Positions 32,919-46,215 of a DNA stretch of 64,000 nt are shown here, in pieces. Positions within the stretch are counted from its first letter, which is position 1; each line of letters begins with the position of its first letter. The DNA is taken from assembly GCA_964016885.1 (NCBI GenBank), contig OZ024740.1:221464001-221528000 (forward strand), written 5' to 3'. Position numbers and translations under genes: made by a program. The DNA comes from Eledone cirrhosa (taxonomy: Eukaryota). The notes beneath the pieces are model-generated. The model made no database searches. It was not told where the DNA came from and worked only from the letters and a program-made list of their open reading frames with translations.

Positions 32919-32923
<5 letters not shown>
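30245..32923 (+). mobile_element. Penelope-like retroelement (RT + GIY-YIG; Naiad-like), decayed
   Basis: RLIGPTTSDVGRIS, NTNKVINWF, FDIDPYYASI, GIYRDDSL, LDVTLD..YRPYHK, NHP; endonuclease CNC..C.LGGHCL..VLYKC..YIGA..FKAR...H.HSF..CDLCLTE; ends in (TA)n at 32924; many stops and frameshifts. Confidence 0.85.
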
Positions 32924-32984
<61 letters not shown>

Positions 32985-33139
32985 CGCTCTACATGGCTGA
33001 ATACAATAAATATAATCTGAGTTTTTCGAATATTAATAATAACATTCGATTCGTTTGCAATTATGCAAACAAGCCTCATTTCAAAGCTATGTCAGTAGAA
33101 TGAACTCTTCATTCTTGCTCTTGTGTTGGTATGTAAACA

Positions 33140-33189
33140 GAACTGCAGACACTAATGTTTCTGGGTATCACCCTTCATCAGTACAGTTC
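33140..33189 (-). ncRNA. Type I hammerhead ribozyme
   Basis: Identical to 26361-26410. Confidence 0.85.
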
Positions 33190-33441
33190 ACTGTTCACCT
33201 GCCAACTGTCAGAGCTAGTGAAAATATATACTATTTTCTAAAATATACTGTGACTGATCGGCCTGATTTGCATATTAGCAGACTGGTTTATCAGTCAGAT
33301 CTGCATATTAGCAGATCCACTGATCAGCCAGATTTGCATATCAGCAGACTGGCCATTGAAGGGTTTATTCTACTGGCATGGCTTTAAAAATGAGGTTTGT
33401 TTGCATAATTGCAAACGAATCGAATGCTATTATTAATATTC

Positions 33442-33661
33442 ACCTGCCAAGGTTAACTTTGCCTTTCATCCTAACGGGGTCGATAAAATAAAGTACCAGT
33501 AATGCACTGGGTAATTGCTGGCCTTGTGCCAAAAGTAGAAACAATTATTAATATTCAAATCCCGCCGAGGTTAACTTTGTCTGTCATCCTTACGGGGTTG
33601 ATAAAATAAAGTACCAGTAATACACTGGGTAATTGCTGGCCTTATGCCAAAAGTAGAAACA
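33442..33661 (+). mobile_element. Two 5'-truncated SINE copies in tandem
   Basis: Each is bounded by ATTATT(A/C)ATATTC repeats (33429, 33544, 33662). Confidence 0.85.
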
Positions 33662-33709
33662 ATTATTCATATTCGAAACACTCAGATTACATTTATATAT
33701 ATATATATA

Positions 33710-33852
33710 TGAGGATGGATTCAGTTAGAAACTGGTTAGATCATTACTCACCAGAGTACTCGGAACTTGGGGTATTGGAGTATGGTTATATGAATAAGTC
33801 AGGACCCCAACGGCTGAGCTCTTGTCGTTTCAACAGCTAGTTCTAGACTCTC
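33710..33852 (-). mobile_element. (TA)n-embedded short element homologous to 23700-23833 (half hammerhead)
   Basis: Minus strand CTAGAACTAGCTGTTGAAACGAC..GAGCTC.GCCGTTGGGGTC...GAGTAC.TGGTG. Confidence 0.6.
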
Positions 33853-34423
33853 TATATATACATATATATACACACATATATATACATATATATTTATACA
33901 CACACACACACATATAACACACAAACGCACACATATATATATATAATTCAAGGAGACAACAGACAGTGGTATAAAAAGTCTTATTAGTTTCACGCTTCAT
34001 ATGGAAAAGAGGAAAGAAAGTTCGATGTGTCGGGGTTAAGCCCTTCTGTAGGAGTACAAATAGAGACAGGATCACAAAGGAGAAACAGAAATAAAGGAGG
34101 TCCAAGTAAAGAAAAAAATCGAAAATAAAGAGTGTAAACAAGACAAACTGCGTTTGATTATAACTGTTACAGTTGTACATTTATCAACAATGAAATTTTA
34201 ACTGGGCTGATTTATGTGTAAACATTGCCGTTATCTCTCGATCTAAGATATCGAACTAACGAAAACGTATGCGCCTTTGATTTAGTTGTATTTGTTTGCA
34301 TGATCGATTGAATGATTGATTGGTTGCTTTCTTGAGTGAACGCAGGCATGGTTAAGTGGTTAAGAAATTCTCTTCGCAATCAGGAGGACTTGGGTTCGAT
34401 CCGAATATGTAGCGCCTTGGGTA

Positions 34424-34799
34424 CGCTCGGATCTCGAATAATCATCCTCAACCCCCCCCCCCCCCGGTTCTTCCTTTTTCAAGTTATTTTCACCACCCTC
34501 GGATTAAAATTTTGCTAATCTATCTCCACTGAAATTATTTTTTTAAGTGGTAGCATTCCTGAGACATTTAATTCTCTTTAGAAACCCCCCCACCGCCCCC
34601 CCCCCCCACAAAAAACATTATACATGACAAAAAAAAAAACATTAAAAGAAATCCCATACACTATAAAATATAGGATGGGTTGGGGTCACAATATGTAAAC
34701 TAAACGACTAATTCTGTTTTTATTTTTAAATCAAGGGAGTCAAACTAGAAAAATTACCCCCCCCCTCCGCCCCACCTCCACTTATTCGGGATCCGCAAG
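34424..34799. mobile_element. TA-flanked MITE (Tc1/mariner-like) inserted in a tRNA SINE
   Basis: Imperfect TIRs CGCTCGGATCTCGAATAA / TTATTCGGGATCCGCAAG with TA on both sides; SINE head at 34342-34420. Confidence 0.55.
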
Positions 34800-35062
34800 T
34801 AATTGTTTTACCATATCCTCGGAATGATTTACGTCATGTCAGTGAAATTGGGTGGACAAAACTCGGTGGAAGGAAGCCCATTGGAGGGCTTGTGTCTATA
34901 ATTCTAAGATCCAGCCATGCCATGTATTGTGTCACGCTGGTTGTTGGTGTGGTGTGACTGGAATAATTAACCATTTATATTTTGTTAAATCATAAATCAG
35001 ACCTTCTAACGATAGGACGACTGAATACTCATCGTCAAAACAGAAGAATGAGTAACCATTGT

Positions 35063-35518
35063 CACGACGACGACGACGACCACCACCGCCACCACCACCA
35101 CCACCACCACCACCATCACCACCACCACCACGACCACCAACACCACGACTACGACCACCACCAACGCCACCACCACCACCACCACTACCACCACCACCAC
35201 CACCACCACTACCACCATCACCACCACCACCACCACCACCACCACCACGACCACCAACACCACGACTACGACCACCACCACTGCCACCACCACCACCACC
35301 ACCACCACTACCACTACCACCACCACCACCACTACCACCATCACCACCACCACCACCACCACCACCACCACCACCACCAACACCACGACTACGACCACCA
35401 CCAACGCCACCACCACCACCACTACCACCACCACCACCACCACCACCACCACCACCACCACCACCACGACCACCAACACCACGACTACGAGCAGCAGCAG
35501 CGCCACCACCAGCAGCAC
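35063..35518. repeat. (CAC)n-derived repeat with ~115-120 bp higher-order units
   Basis: The variant block CCAACACCACGACTACGA recurs four times. Confidence 0.9.
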
Positions 35519-35634
35519 CTCAGATGTTTTTATCTATATAAACCCGTTGTTGAAAGGTAGGGTTTTGCGGGTATGCATAATGTCCCCTATTTCATAATCA
35601 CTGATATTAGTAAATCTACGAGCGTACTCTAAAC

Positions 35635-35821
35635 CAAGCATGTCAAACATGCGGCCCTTTACAAGCACACCTGCGGCCCGCACAAAGATTTTTACAGTGC
35701 GAGCATGTTTTATCTTCGTAAAATTAGTTGTAATGTGAGCAATTAGTTGTCGTGTGTGGCCCTCAGACAACACATATGTGACCCATGTGGTCTTCGGGGG
35801 ACCCTCAGTTTAACATTCCTG
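35635..35821. mobile_element. hAT (Charlie-like) MITE
   Basis: TIRs CAAGCATGTCAAAC / GTTTAACATTCCTG; near-TSD CTCTAAAC / CTCTTAAAG; internal GCGGCCC repeats. Confidence 0.65.
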
Positions 35822-35909
35822 CTCTTAAAGCTCTAACTGACAGCGGCCTAGAAATAGAAGGATAAAGTCCATTATGGCAAACAGGGTGAACCTAGCCAAA
35901 TACTTCAAG

Positions 35910-36445
35910 GGCTGCAGATCCCGTGTAGACTCCTTTGGCCTCTGTACGCTGCCCTGTCGCTACAGTGCCGGCGCCTTCCACGCCATGTTGCTTTCAACGA
36001 GGTCATAAAGCATGGCTTGAATGCTGCAGGCTTCCCCTTCCAGCTCTAGCCGGCGGGACTGGACTGAAGGGACGGCAAAAAGCCAGACAACATGACCATC
36101 TTCCCGTTCCTCGGTGGTAAACCTCTCATCTGGTATGCCACATGAAGCGACACTTTCTCCAGCGGCATCCTGGTGCAATCTACGACTAACCCAGGCTCTG
36201 CTGCCCTTCTAGCCGAGGTGAATAAAATCTCCAAATATCGGTCTCTCTCCGACAGGTTTGCGGTCGAGCCCGTAACAGTGGATACTTCTGGTGTCATTTG
36301 CCCTAGGGTCACCTCCCTAATCATCACCATCGGCACATAATTGTCTATCCGCAGCTGTGAGCGTCCTGAGCTGGAATGGCTCTTCCAACTCGTCTCCTTC
36401 ATCATAATCCTGGGAAACGTCTTCTCTATTCTGTCCGCCGGGGCC
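35910..36445 (+). mobile_element. CRE-like non-LTR retrotransposon 3' fragment (zinc knuckle + RLE)
   Basis: C...RH.AFNEVIK..DGKKPD..T.FPF..GKPLIW...DTF..AE..KISKY..L...PV.V.TSG..WLFQ.VS....GN. Confidence 0.75.
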
Positions 36446-37117
36446 GCGGGACGTCCAGCACGTGGGCCCCCATTTGCTCATAATAGTGTGAGATGCGGAG
36501 AGCGAGAGAGACAGAGGCAGTGACAGTGGGAGTTTGTTTCCTTTGTGTTTCGATCTGGTGTATATGTATATGTTTCAGAGATAGACACTCACACTGTAAA
36601 ATAATGAAGAAGCAGTTACAATTAAGTTGATACCATACGTGTCCCATTGCACAACCTTGGCTGAACCACTACAATTAATAAACCAGTCAGATCAAGAAAC
36701 ACTAACACAGATCACATGGTTACTCGATCTATTAAAAAACAGCAGCTACATTCTTTCAATTCAATCCACCCTCTTAAATAAAATCTCACGAAGTTGGTTT
36801 AAAACCCATTTGATAGTTTGTGAAAAAAAGAAAAAAAGAAATAGAAAAACATATTCACACGGCAATAAAAATTTCTTTTCGACATTAATGGTTATAATAA
36901 ATAGGGAGTAGTGCAAAATATATTCAAATGCTGTCTACATATTTCTTTACTGGTTTCAGCCATTTGCTCGAGGTCATGCTGGTGCCATGCCTTCAAAGGT
37001 TTCATTCAATTTTATCGAAACCCTATAATTAGTCTAGGTTTTTACTTATAGAAACGACTACCCTCACCATAGTGAGTTACGTAACTTTAGGGGCGTACAC
37101 ATCACCACAAGTTATTT

Positions 37118-37158
<41 letters not shown>

Positions 37159-37164
37159 TGTATA

Positions 37165-37370
37165 TCATCATCATCATCATTACCGTTTAACATCCATTTT
37201 TCCACGCTAGCATGAGTTAGAAGAATTGTCCCATATGAGAAGTCAGGTCAGATGACCGTGTCTTGCTCATACAGAATTGTTTCTGGCTTGATTTCTATGG
37301 CTGGATGCTCTTCATAACGCCGACCACATTTACAGCATGGACTGGGTGCCTTTTGTAGCGACACCAAAGC
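37165..37370 (-). mobile_element. Short RTE-tailed non-autonomous element
   Basis: (CAT)n plus TTTAACATCCATTTTTCCACGCTAGCA, matching the RTE 3' end at 18735-18770. Confidence 0.55.
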
Positions 37371-37544
37371 GACCCTTTACAGTGTAGTCCACTTTACTAT
37401 ATATATATATAAGGTACACTTTTTTCAAACATGTTATTTTGAAGAATGTAATCTTTTGATTAAAGATTGTTCTCATATTTCCTTATTAGTTCATTAACAT
37501 TTCAAGACCTTCTCGGTCGCATCTTCTGGGCGAAATGATAATAG

Positions 37545-37728
37545 TTGTTTCTACTTTTGACACAAGGCCAGCAATTCACCAGTACATTACTGGTACTTTA
37601 TTTTATCGACCCCGTACGGATGAAAGGAAACGTTAACCTCGACGGGATTTGAACTCAGACCGTAAAGGGACGTAACTATGCTGGAAAGCATGGGGTCCAA
37701 CCCTCTACCGATACTGCCAATCCACCGC
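37545..37728 (-). mobile_element. Abundant tRNA-derived SINE copy
   Basis: Same family as 20305. Confidence 0.85.
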
Positions 37729-39344
37729 ATAATAGTGCGCTGTAGCTAGTCGCCGAGTTTTGTCATTTAGCTAACAAGGCATTGATGAAGCCATTGTCCA
37801 AGGTATGCGTAGTGGGATTGAATTATGGGTCAGTTGGGTGCAAAGCAAACCTTTTAACCACGAAGTAAAATATAGCCGTTTAGCATTAAAATGTTCCCTT
37901 GCCAAACGCCACACTTTATTTTAAAATAATATGTGCTGTGTTAGCAATAATGTAATAATACAGCCTGAGTAATTGAATTCTCAGTAAAAAAAAAACCTAA
38001 ATAAATAAGTAAATGAATAAGTAAGTAAAAAAAGTGAATAAGTAAATAAATAAATAACCAAGTAAAAAAAAAAAAGCTGCTTGTTTCCTTGCTTCATTGA
38101 TTGCTTCTTCGATTGCTTTCTCTAGTGTCTGCTTTGGTATCTTACAGAGACTACTGACGTTCTTTCTTTAGAAATATATATAGAATAAACTTTCGTTTTT
38201 TTTTTTTTTTGCTATTCGTTTACTTAGGTTACGATTGGGTGAAGTATTTCTTCTGCTTAGGTAAAGGAATGTGTATGGAAACGTACATCTGTCATAGTCT
38301 TGTTAAATATTTTTCTTTCATCTAACACATTAAGAAATGTTTTCTAAACAGCAACTACGATATATTTTTGTTAAGACATCAAATATAACTTTGTATTAAA
38401 TAGACTATCTTTTGATATTACTTTAGAATTTTAAAACTGTCTATTTTAATGACTTCTATATATATCAAATGTAAAGTCTGCTTAAACTCACAAAAAACTC
38501 TAACTAGTCTTTTGCGAGATGATCTGCATTGAAACTGATATTTCTAAGGGATTTTTACTGTTAGTCCACTTGTCAATATGTCTATCTATTGGGCTTTTCT
38601 ATTCATAGATAATTTTCTCGACACCAACACTAACACATATAATTCAGGCCTTACTATAAAATCAATTTACTTCATAACCATTGTTATAACAATATACACA
38701 TTCATTTTCTTTAAGTTGTATTTACCATCTCAAATACTGTTGAATTGTAGGTTTTTAGTCATGTTTATGAATATCATATATCCTATGAAGTATCTATTAA
38801 AACAGCAACAAGAATATATACACTAATTATCTTAAGATATTTTCGGAAGAATTTTGTAACATTATGCAAGCTTCTAATGAGTTTTTATCGCATTAACTAA
38901 TTCCCATCTTCCAGAAAATATTGTTAAAAGGGAAAATCCCAATAACGTAAAACCTAATTGTATTTCTAATGAATTATTTTAGTCAGATCACACTTTTAGA
39001 TATATAGACCGGCTTATTATTTTTCCTTGACAATCCAATTACTCAGAGTGTATTTTTACATTATTTCTGACACAGCATATATTATTTTAAACCAGCACGA
39101 GGTGTTTGAGAATGCAACCTTGTAATGCTAACTTTCCATTTCTTCCTATTTCATATTTTATCTTATTCTTTACTTTTCTAAGAGAGTATCTTTTCTCACT
39201 TTAAAAAAAAATTTAAATTAGAATTTTAAAATAATGTACGTTCTTCCATATGTTTAAAGGTTTTTAAATTTTATTGATAAATATCAGATGTTCGTACTAT
39301 CTACGTCTTTATATATGGATGGCAAAAATTTAAATACATATAGT

Positions 39345-39640
39345 CCTTTCAGAGTCTGATAATTTGGAACATAGGTAACTCCGCCCAGACAGTCTACTTC
39401 CTGGTAACATGGTTTTAACATAATGACTACCTAGCTTCATCGAGATCTTCAGTGCTCACGGTCCTCGGAATGCTGTTTCCCTCCACTAAAGCGGGAGGGG
39501 GGCATCTGGGTTTAAGAAGCAACTCCGTGACATGAAATGGTTAACGCAGTGAGTATCGTTGGAATTTTAAAGCGGCAATCTTTCGCCATTATGTCTGCGT
39601 GTGTGCAGCTGATATCTACTTTCCAGTCAAGTAAGTAGAG
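39345..39640 (+). mobile_element. Highly decayed CRE-like RLE remnant
   Basis: ATCGAGATCTTCAGTGCTCACGGTCCTCGGAATGCTG aligns with 63035-63071 (VESSDVVGPRNA). Confidence 0.45.
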
Positions 39641-40237
39641 TTAGACCCTTCCTCCATTTCTCTTTTCTTATCCTTTCTTTCTTTTTTACCTTTTTTTATT
39701 CTTCATAACTAAACTTAAATTCATCAAACACAAACTATTAAGAAGATATATAAACATGTTTCAATCTAATGTAGGATCACATACAGGAGATGAAATAAGT
39801 TCGAAAATATATAATTCTTATGTTATTTGCACGGAAACAAAGACCAGAATTTCTTTCTTCTAGGCATGCACATAAAATCAGTGATTAATTTTTAATTTAT
39901 TTGGGAATTACTAATAACTTAGCTTTATTGTATATGTTCTCCAAAATGGAAATTTCAATTCATAAAACATGTTTTGCATCAATATCTACACAATCTGCAC
40001 CTCATCTACACAATTTCACGCCAATAAGCCTATTCGAATTATTTCCCTTAGCTGATATTATTTTTTAATTATGCAAATTATACTGACTGGTAATTACTCA
40101 TAACTCATTTTCATATGTAAAATTCTTTGCCATCTGACCAAGCAAGTCGAAACATGTCCACCTGCAAACAAAGATCAGGCTTTCCTTTCCTCAAGCAAGT
40201 AATTTAACTTTGAGAGACTAAACTTCTAGACGTATAA

Positions 40238-41220
40238 TAATTATTTCTGTTTTTGGCACAAGGCCAGCAATTTGAAGGAACGGGGAAAGTTGAGTAAATC
40301 GACCCCAGTGTATTACTGATGCTCTATTTTATCGACCCCGTAAGGATGAAAGGCAAAGCTAACCATAGTGGGATTTGATTCCAGAACGTTAAAGGATGTA
40401 ACTCTATGCTGCAAAGGATGATGTTCTACCGATACTGCCAATCCGCCGCCATGATGTATAATAATTGTTTCTACTTTTGGCATAAGGCCAGTAATTATCC
40501 CAGTACGTTACTAGTACTTTATTTTATCGACCCCTTAAGGATGAAAGGCAAATTAACCTTGGCGGGATTTGAACTCAGACCGTAAAGGGACGTAACTTTG
40601 CTGTAAAGCATGGCGTCCGACCCTCTACCGATACTGCCAATCCCAGCCCCTGGTTTCTGATATAGACACAAGGTCAAAGGTTGGGTGGTGGGAGAAGGGA
40701 AAGAACGATTAAATCGACCAGTGTATTTTATCGACCTTCGTAAGGATAAACAGCAAAACTAAATCGGTGGGATTTGAACTTAGAATGTAAAAGGACGTAA
40801 CTCTATGCCACAAAGCATGTTGTCTGACGCTCTACCGTTATTGCAAATCCTCCTATACTGCCCTGATGTATAATAATGGTTTCTCATATAGGCACAAGGG
40901 CAGCAATTTTGGAGGAGGGGAAAGTCGATTATATCGACCCCAGTGCGTGACTGGTACTTTATTTTATCGACCTCGTAAGGATGAAATGCAAAGTTAACCT
41001 CGGCGGGATTTGAACTCAGATAATAAAGGGCCATAACTCAATGCTGCAAAACATGGTGTTCGACCCTCTACCGATACTGCCAATCCACCGCCCTTATGTA
41101 TAATAATAATTGTTTCTACTTTTGGCACAAGGCCAGCAAATACCCAGTGCATTACTGGTACTTTATTTTATCGACCTCGTAAGGATGAAAGGCAAAGTCA
41201 ACCTTGGCGGGATTTGAACT
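40238..41220 (-). mobile_element. Cluster of five same-orientation SINE copies
   Basis: Copies at about 40238-40450, 40460-40650, 40651-40855, 40875-41093 and 41108-41220, most abutting AAT repeats. Confidence 0.85.
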
Positions 41221-41238
41221 AATAATAATAATAATAAT

Positions 41239-44200
41239 GATTTCATTTATTGGCCACAAGGGCCGACATATAGGGGACAATACAAAAGACTGGGACAGTG
41301 GGGTTTTACAGAAAAATCGAGTAAACAATATGAATAAACAAAGTAACAATAACAAAGTAACAGTAAAGTAACAATAAAATTACAAGAAAAAAATTCCCCA
41401 ATAGGGGGGATGACCACCTAGGGTTCGCTCAGGTACCCCACCAGTCCTGAACGACCCGACGCTTCGAGAGCACCCTGGAAGGGCACCCCTCTCCTCTTCA
41501 AATTTACCTACCTACAGCCGCATGACCAGAGTAGGCCCACTCACACGGGCCATTCTCGCCACATTCACCCACCTTTCAGCAAATGTACTGGGGGGGGGGG
41601 GGCAGCACTTCTCTCTCCACCCTCACCTTCCTTTCCAAGTGAAACTTGAAAAAGTTGATGAGGGATTGGCCGAAGAGAAAAGTGTCTGTCTTCAGTCCTT
41701 TCAACCTTGTCCACCATACAGCCTCTTTCGCTACTGCCACCAGACAGAGGAAAATTGCCTGCCCTTCCTGGCCAAAAGAAGGCGGCGGGTCTATCTTCAC
41801 TATGGACTCGGCCGATAGCCGGATCCGTTCTACACGCGACAACAGCTGTTCAACATAACTCCACAAGTCAGTAATGCACGGACACTGGACAAGTGCGTGC
41901 AGAACGGTTTCGTCGCTCTGCGCGCATCTCAGGCAGGTCCGTCTGACAGCATTTCCGTGTCTGTAGAGTTTATCTCGAACCGGCAGTGCCCCCACGGTAG
42001 CACTGCCAAGCGAGGGATTTTTGGAAATTATCCATCGTCCCCGGCTCGAAAGTCCTCCGGTACAGACTGGTTAGTTCGACTTCGTTGACTCCCAGAGTCT
42101 CTTCGAGTGTGTCGTAGCACTTGCCCACCACTAATCCTCTATAGAACTCGAGAGTGGAAGTTCCACTGACCGCATTGCCCGCCTGGCATAGGGCAGTGAG
42201 TGCCTGGCAACATTCCAGATGCCAGTCACCCAGTCTCGGTCACTTCTTGACCCAGGACTGCAACTCAGTCAAAGAAACGAGCTGCGGAAAGGCCCGTCTG
42301 ACAAACGGCGACCACACCTGTTCACCGTTTATGCAGAATATCTGGAGATGCCGCAGCCTCAGCGCGTGCCTGCGCATCATTAGCCACGGCATGCCCATCC
42401 CTCCACGTAGAGGGTGCTGGCAGCAGATGGACTGCCTCACCAGCGGAACCTGACCCCTCCACAAGAATTTGAAGAGGAGCCGCTCCAAGATGGCGAGGCA
42501 CGAACGGGGGCAAGGGACGAGTCAGACGGTAGTAGATGACGGACGCGATGTACGCGTTCGCCACCTCCGCCCGACCTTTCAGTGATAGCTTCAACCCAGC
42601 CCATTTCTGGGTGAGACTGACTACCCTGCCCGTCACCTCGTCCCAATTCTCATCCACCTGGAGGTCTGGCCCGAACCAAACCCCTAGCAACTTTACCGGT
42701 CCGTCCGTCCAGCGCCTAACGACGTTGTTGGACGGCATGGACTTGCCTCTCCAGGTGCCGAGTTGCAAGCCTACTGACTTTTCCGGGTTAAGTTTTGCTC
42801 CCGTCAACCTTTCATATTCCTCCAATAAGTTGCCGACCACCTCGATTTCTGAGGTGTCCGACACCATCACGGTGATGTCCGCATAAGCCGACACAGCCTT
42901 TCCGCGTCACGGTTCGAGCGGGATGCCCTGCAACAGCTCCAGCTTCCGCAGTAAAGGCTCGAGAGTCAATACGTACAGAAGGGAGGAGAGAGGGCACCTT
43001 TGACGGACCGATCGGGAGACCTGAAACGGTTCCGAGAGGTGGCCATTAATTTTGACCATCGACAGGTGCCGCTGTGCATTGCAGAGATCCAGCTTCTGAA
43101 GACGGGGCCGAAGCCAGCCGCCTTGAGGACAGCCTCCAGGTACCGATGGTCGACCCTATCGAATGCTTTCGATTGATGTAAATTGATCAGAGCCCAACCG
43201 AAGCCAGGTTTACACCCAACCCTCTCTATGATGTATCGCATCAGGTGGAGGTTGTCGTGTATGAACCTGGTTGGGATTGTGCAAGTTTGCGCCTCCCCAA
43301 CCAAATCCCCGACGACAAGCGCCAACCTCTTCGCTAACACCCTGGCCAAAATCTTAAACTCTGTGTTGAGCAGAGTTATGGGCCTGAACTTGTCTAATGT
43401 GTCCCTCTTGTTCTCGTCTTTCCTTATCAGCGTCACTACGCCCCGGCTCACAGAACTGGGAATACTCCCGTTTTGCTTCTAGTTGCAGTAAAAGGCTTCG
43501 AGGAGATTGGAGAACAAGTCTGGCATATTTACGTAAAGCTCGTAGGGCAGACCATCCAAACCGGGTGACTTGCGCCTCATGCAGCCTACAAGGGCATCCT
43601 GAATCTCGGCTGAAGTAATTGGCCTTTCGCAGCGCCCAGCGTCAGCCGTCGAGAGTTGCGGCAAGCCATCAAGGTAGGGACTGAAGTCCGCCACTTCCCC
43701 CGAACAACCGAGCAAAATGTTGGCGAAAGGCCTCACACATCCTCTTGGAATCGCTCAGCTCGAGCCTGTCTCGGTCCGTCAAAGACCGAATCGTGGTTTT
43801 ATTACCACACTGCGCCTCTGCCATGCGGGCCCATCGAACAGCTTTGGTTCCCTCGTTTCTCAGAGCACGCGCCTTAGCTCTGACAATGCAACCTTCGTGT
43901 TTCGCATTGAAGAAATGGTCTAATGCCATTCTCGCCGCTAGCACGTTAGTTGCAATGCCACTACCAATAGCCTCGTCTAACTTATCTACCAACTCTCCCG
44001 CCTTTCTATTTTTCTCTAATGCTACTTCTTTGCTAAACTCTATCGACATTACTCTAATCTCTCTTTTGAGAGCCCCCCACCATCTATTGTTGTCGACTCC
44101 CCCTGTCAACTTTTTCTTAACTAAATTGTTGACCTGGTCCCTGTAAGCCTTACGTGCCGGAAATGACATGTTTAGCTTCCAGTAACCAGGTCCTAACCTA

Positions 44201-46157
44201 CGCGTCTTATCTAGGTCGACCATACAGATCACAAACTTGTGATCTGAATAGGCGACCGTTTCAAAACGTGGACAGCTTACACTATTTCTGTCTATTTTCC
44301 TAATGAATATCCTGTCTATATACGATCTAGATGACCCTATGCGGTTAGCCCAGGTCCACACTGGCGCATTAGGGAAATCTAGTCGGTACCTGTCAGACAG
44401 TTGGAACTGGCTGATCAGGTTCTTGAGGCTTTTGCACCCCCCCCCCCGCTCCTATCGGATATTCCCACACAGTCCCAACGTGCGTCTAAGATGCCGTTCC
44501 AGTCCTCCGCTAACAGTAAAGGGCGAGACGTACCCAGGAAGGCTTCCAGGCGTCTAAAGAAGTCCGGCCGTCCTTCCCCAGTAGGAGCATAGACGGCCAC
44601 CAGTCTAAAGGCACCACCTTCATTATTGTTCACGTCCAGGACCACCAACTTCCCGTCTCGGTCCCGGAAGATCGACCTTACCTCGAGGTCCAGGCCTTTC
44701 CTAAACAGCATTGCCACCCCGCCTCCCATTCCCGGCTGGCTAACAGATGCAAAGATCTGATAGTCGTCGAAAATGGGGGTTAGTGCGCGCGTGTCGGAAA
44801 TCCTGGTCTCGCTGACTGCAATTACATCCATTTCTATAGACCTTAGGTTGTTGAGCAGGTGACCCTACTTCCAGGACGATCCCAGGCCTCGAACATTTAA
44901 ACATCCTAATCTTAATACGGCCATGTTGGCAGGTTAAACAGAGAAAGAGAGGAAGGTTTACTTACCTTCCGGGCTCTTGTGAAGGTCGGGTTGTTCGACC
45001 TCCATAGTTAGTGGGGTTTCTTTTGGGAACCCCTTTAAAAGTCTTGAAGTGGGTTTTACGTTCGGGGTTCCCACGTCCCGAGGAAAGCTGTGTCGTATTT
45101 CTTTGAATATGTCGAGCGACATTCGCACCAGAACCAAATCTTCCGGCACGCGAAATGTGCTCGATTTAAACATTTCCCCCTCTTTTTGTATATTTTCACT
45201 TCGTGTTACGAGGGCCATCAGTTCCTTGTTGGCCCTCCTGACGAGCACGAAGTTTTGTATGTTTTGTTGGTGTGATTTTATTTGTTTGCGTGGCTGTGGT
45301 GGTGATGGTTTTGGTGGTGTTGTTTCGGTTGTATCTGTGTTTGTTGTGAGTGCGATGTCTGTGTTTTCAGATGTTTGTGTGTATATTTTTTCTTGCGTCT
45401 GTTTCGGTTGTTTGCGTTTGGGGGATTCTGGTGATGGTGATGGTGGTGTTGATGTTAGTGTTATTGGAGAGATGTTTGCGTGGGTGGTGTCTGCGTTTTT
45501 TATTGTGGGTGCTTTTGTGCTTTGTTGTGTTTTTTTTTTCTTTTTGTGTTTCCTTTTTTGTATTTTGGGAGATTTTGAATTTCCCTCATCTTCACTACTG
45601 GTAGATGAGGGGTCTGTGTCTGTAAATGTGTTTGTATGTATGTTTAAGGTTTTATTGGTGCGTGTATTTTTTTTTGGGGGGGGGGGGGATTTGACAGCTT
45701 TCCTCGTTTCCCCCCTGGGTGGTCAATGTTGGTGGTGGTCTTTCTATTGGTGTTGTTGGTGGTTTTGCCGGTGCAGGTGTTGGTTGTGGTCCTCGCCCCG
45801 GCGTCGGCAGCAGTGGAGCCTTTCGACCCCTTGCCTCTTTGAGCAGTTGAGGGCAGAAGGCTCGCAAATGGTTTTTTCCCCCACAAACAAAACACCGCGG
45901 CCTTTTGCCTTCGGTCATAATGTGAATGACAGTCCCATTCTGAAGCCATGTTTTTTTTTTCTTCGTAAATTTTTTTAACATGTAAAAAAAACTTCAAATA
46001 TTTGGGCCAAAAGGCCCAAATATTATACTTTCCCTTTCACGGGGCAAAGTCTAAGGGCTTATATCCCTTACACAACAAGAAATATTTAACAACAAATAAT
46101 TTAAACAGGCAAATAAAGCGACTTACTGTGAGCGAGCAAAATACGTCCGCTTAGACC
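41239..46157 (-). mobile_element. L1/Tx1-clade LINE in (AAT)n; ORF1 partly deleted, ORF2 disrupted
   Basis: ORF1 knuckle CFVCGGKNHLRAFC; ORF2 from 44924 with APE (LNVRGL, SET, SDH), RT (KSPGLDGLP, FRPITLLN, KAFDRV, YADD) and C-terminal CLRC..ETVLHALVQC; AATAAA + (ATT)n tail; (AAT)n also at the 5' end. Confidence 0.92.

Positions 46158-46215
<58 letters not shown>

Larger units (their letters stand above)
32981..33693. mobile_element. Second copy of the hammerhead foldback element (long arm + short inverted arm containing two SINE fragments)
   Basis: 32981-33355 is the reverse complement of the 26xxx right arm; 33365-33441 and 33662-33693 are the inverted end; (TA)n both sides. Confidence 0.85.

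Noticed and set aside
40238-41220. Repeated ~200-bp units as a CRISPR-like or satellite array, or their heads as tRNA genes
   Set aside because: They are diverged SINE copies with irregular spacing, and the heads lack a full cloverleaf
45049-45978. 309-aa plus-strand ORF
   Set aside because: Antisense shadow of the low-complexity Tx1 ORF1
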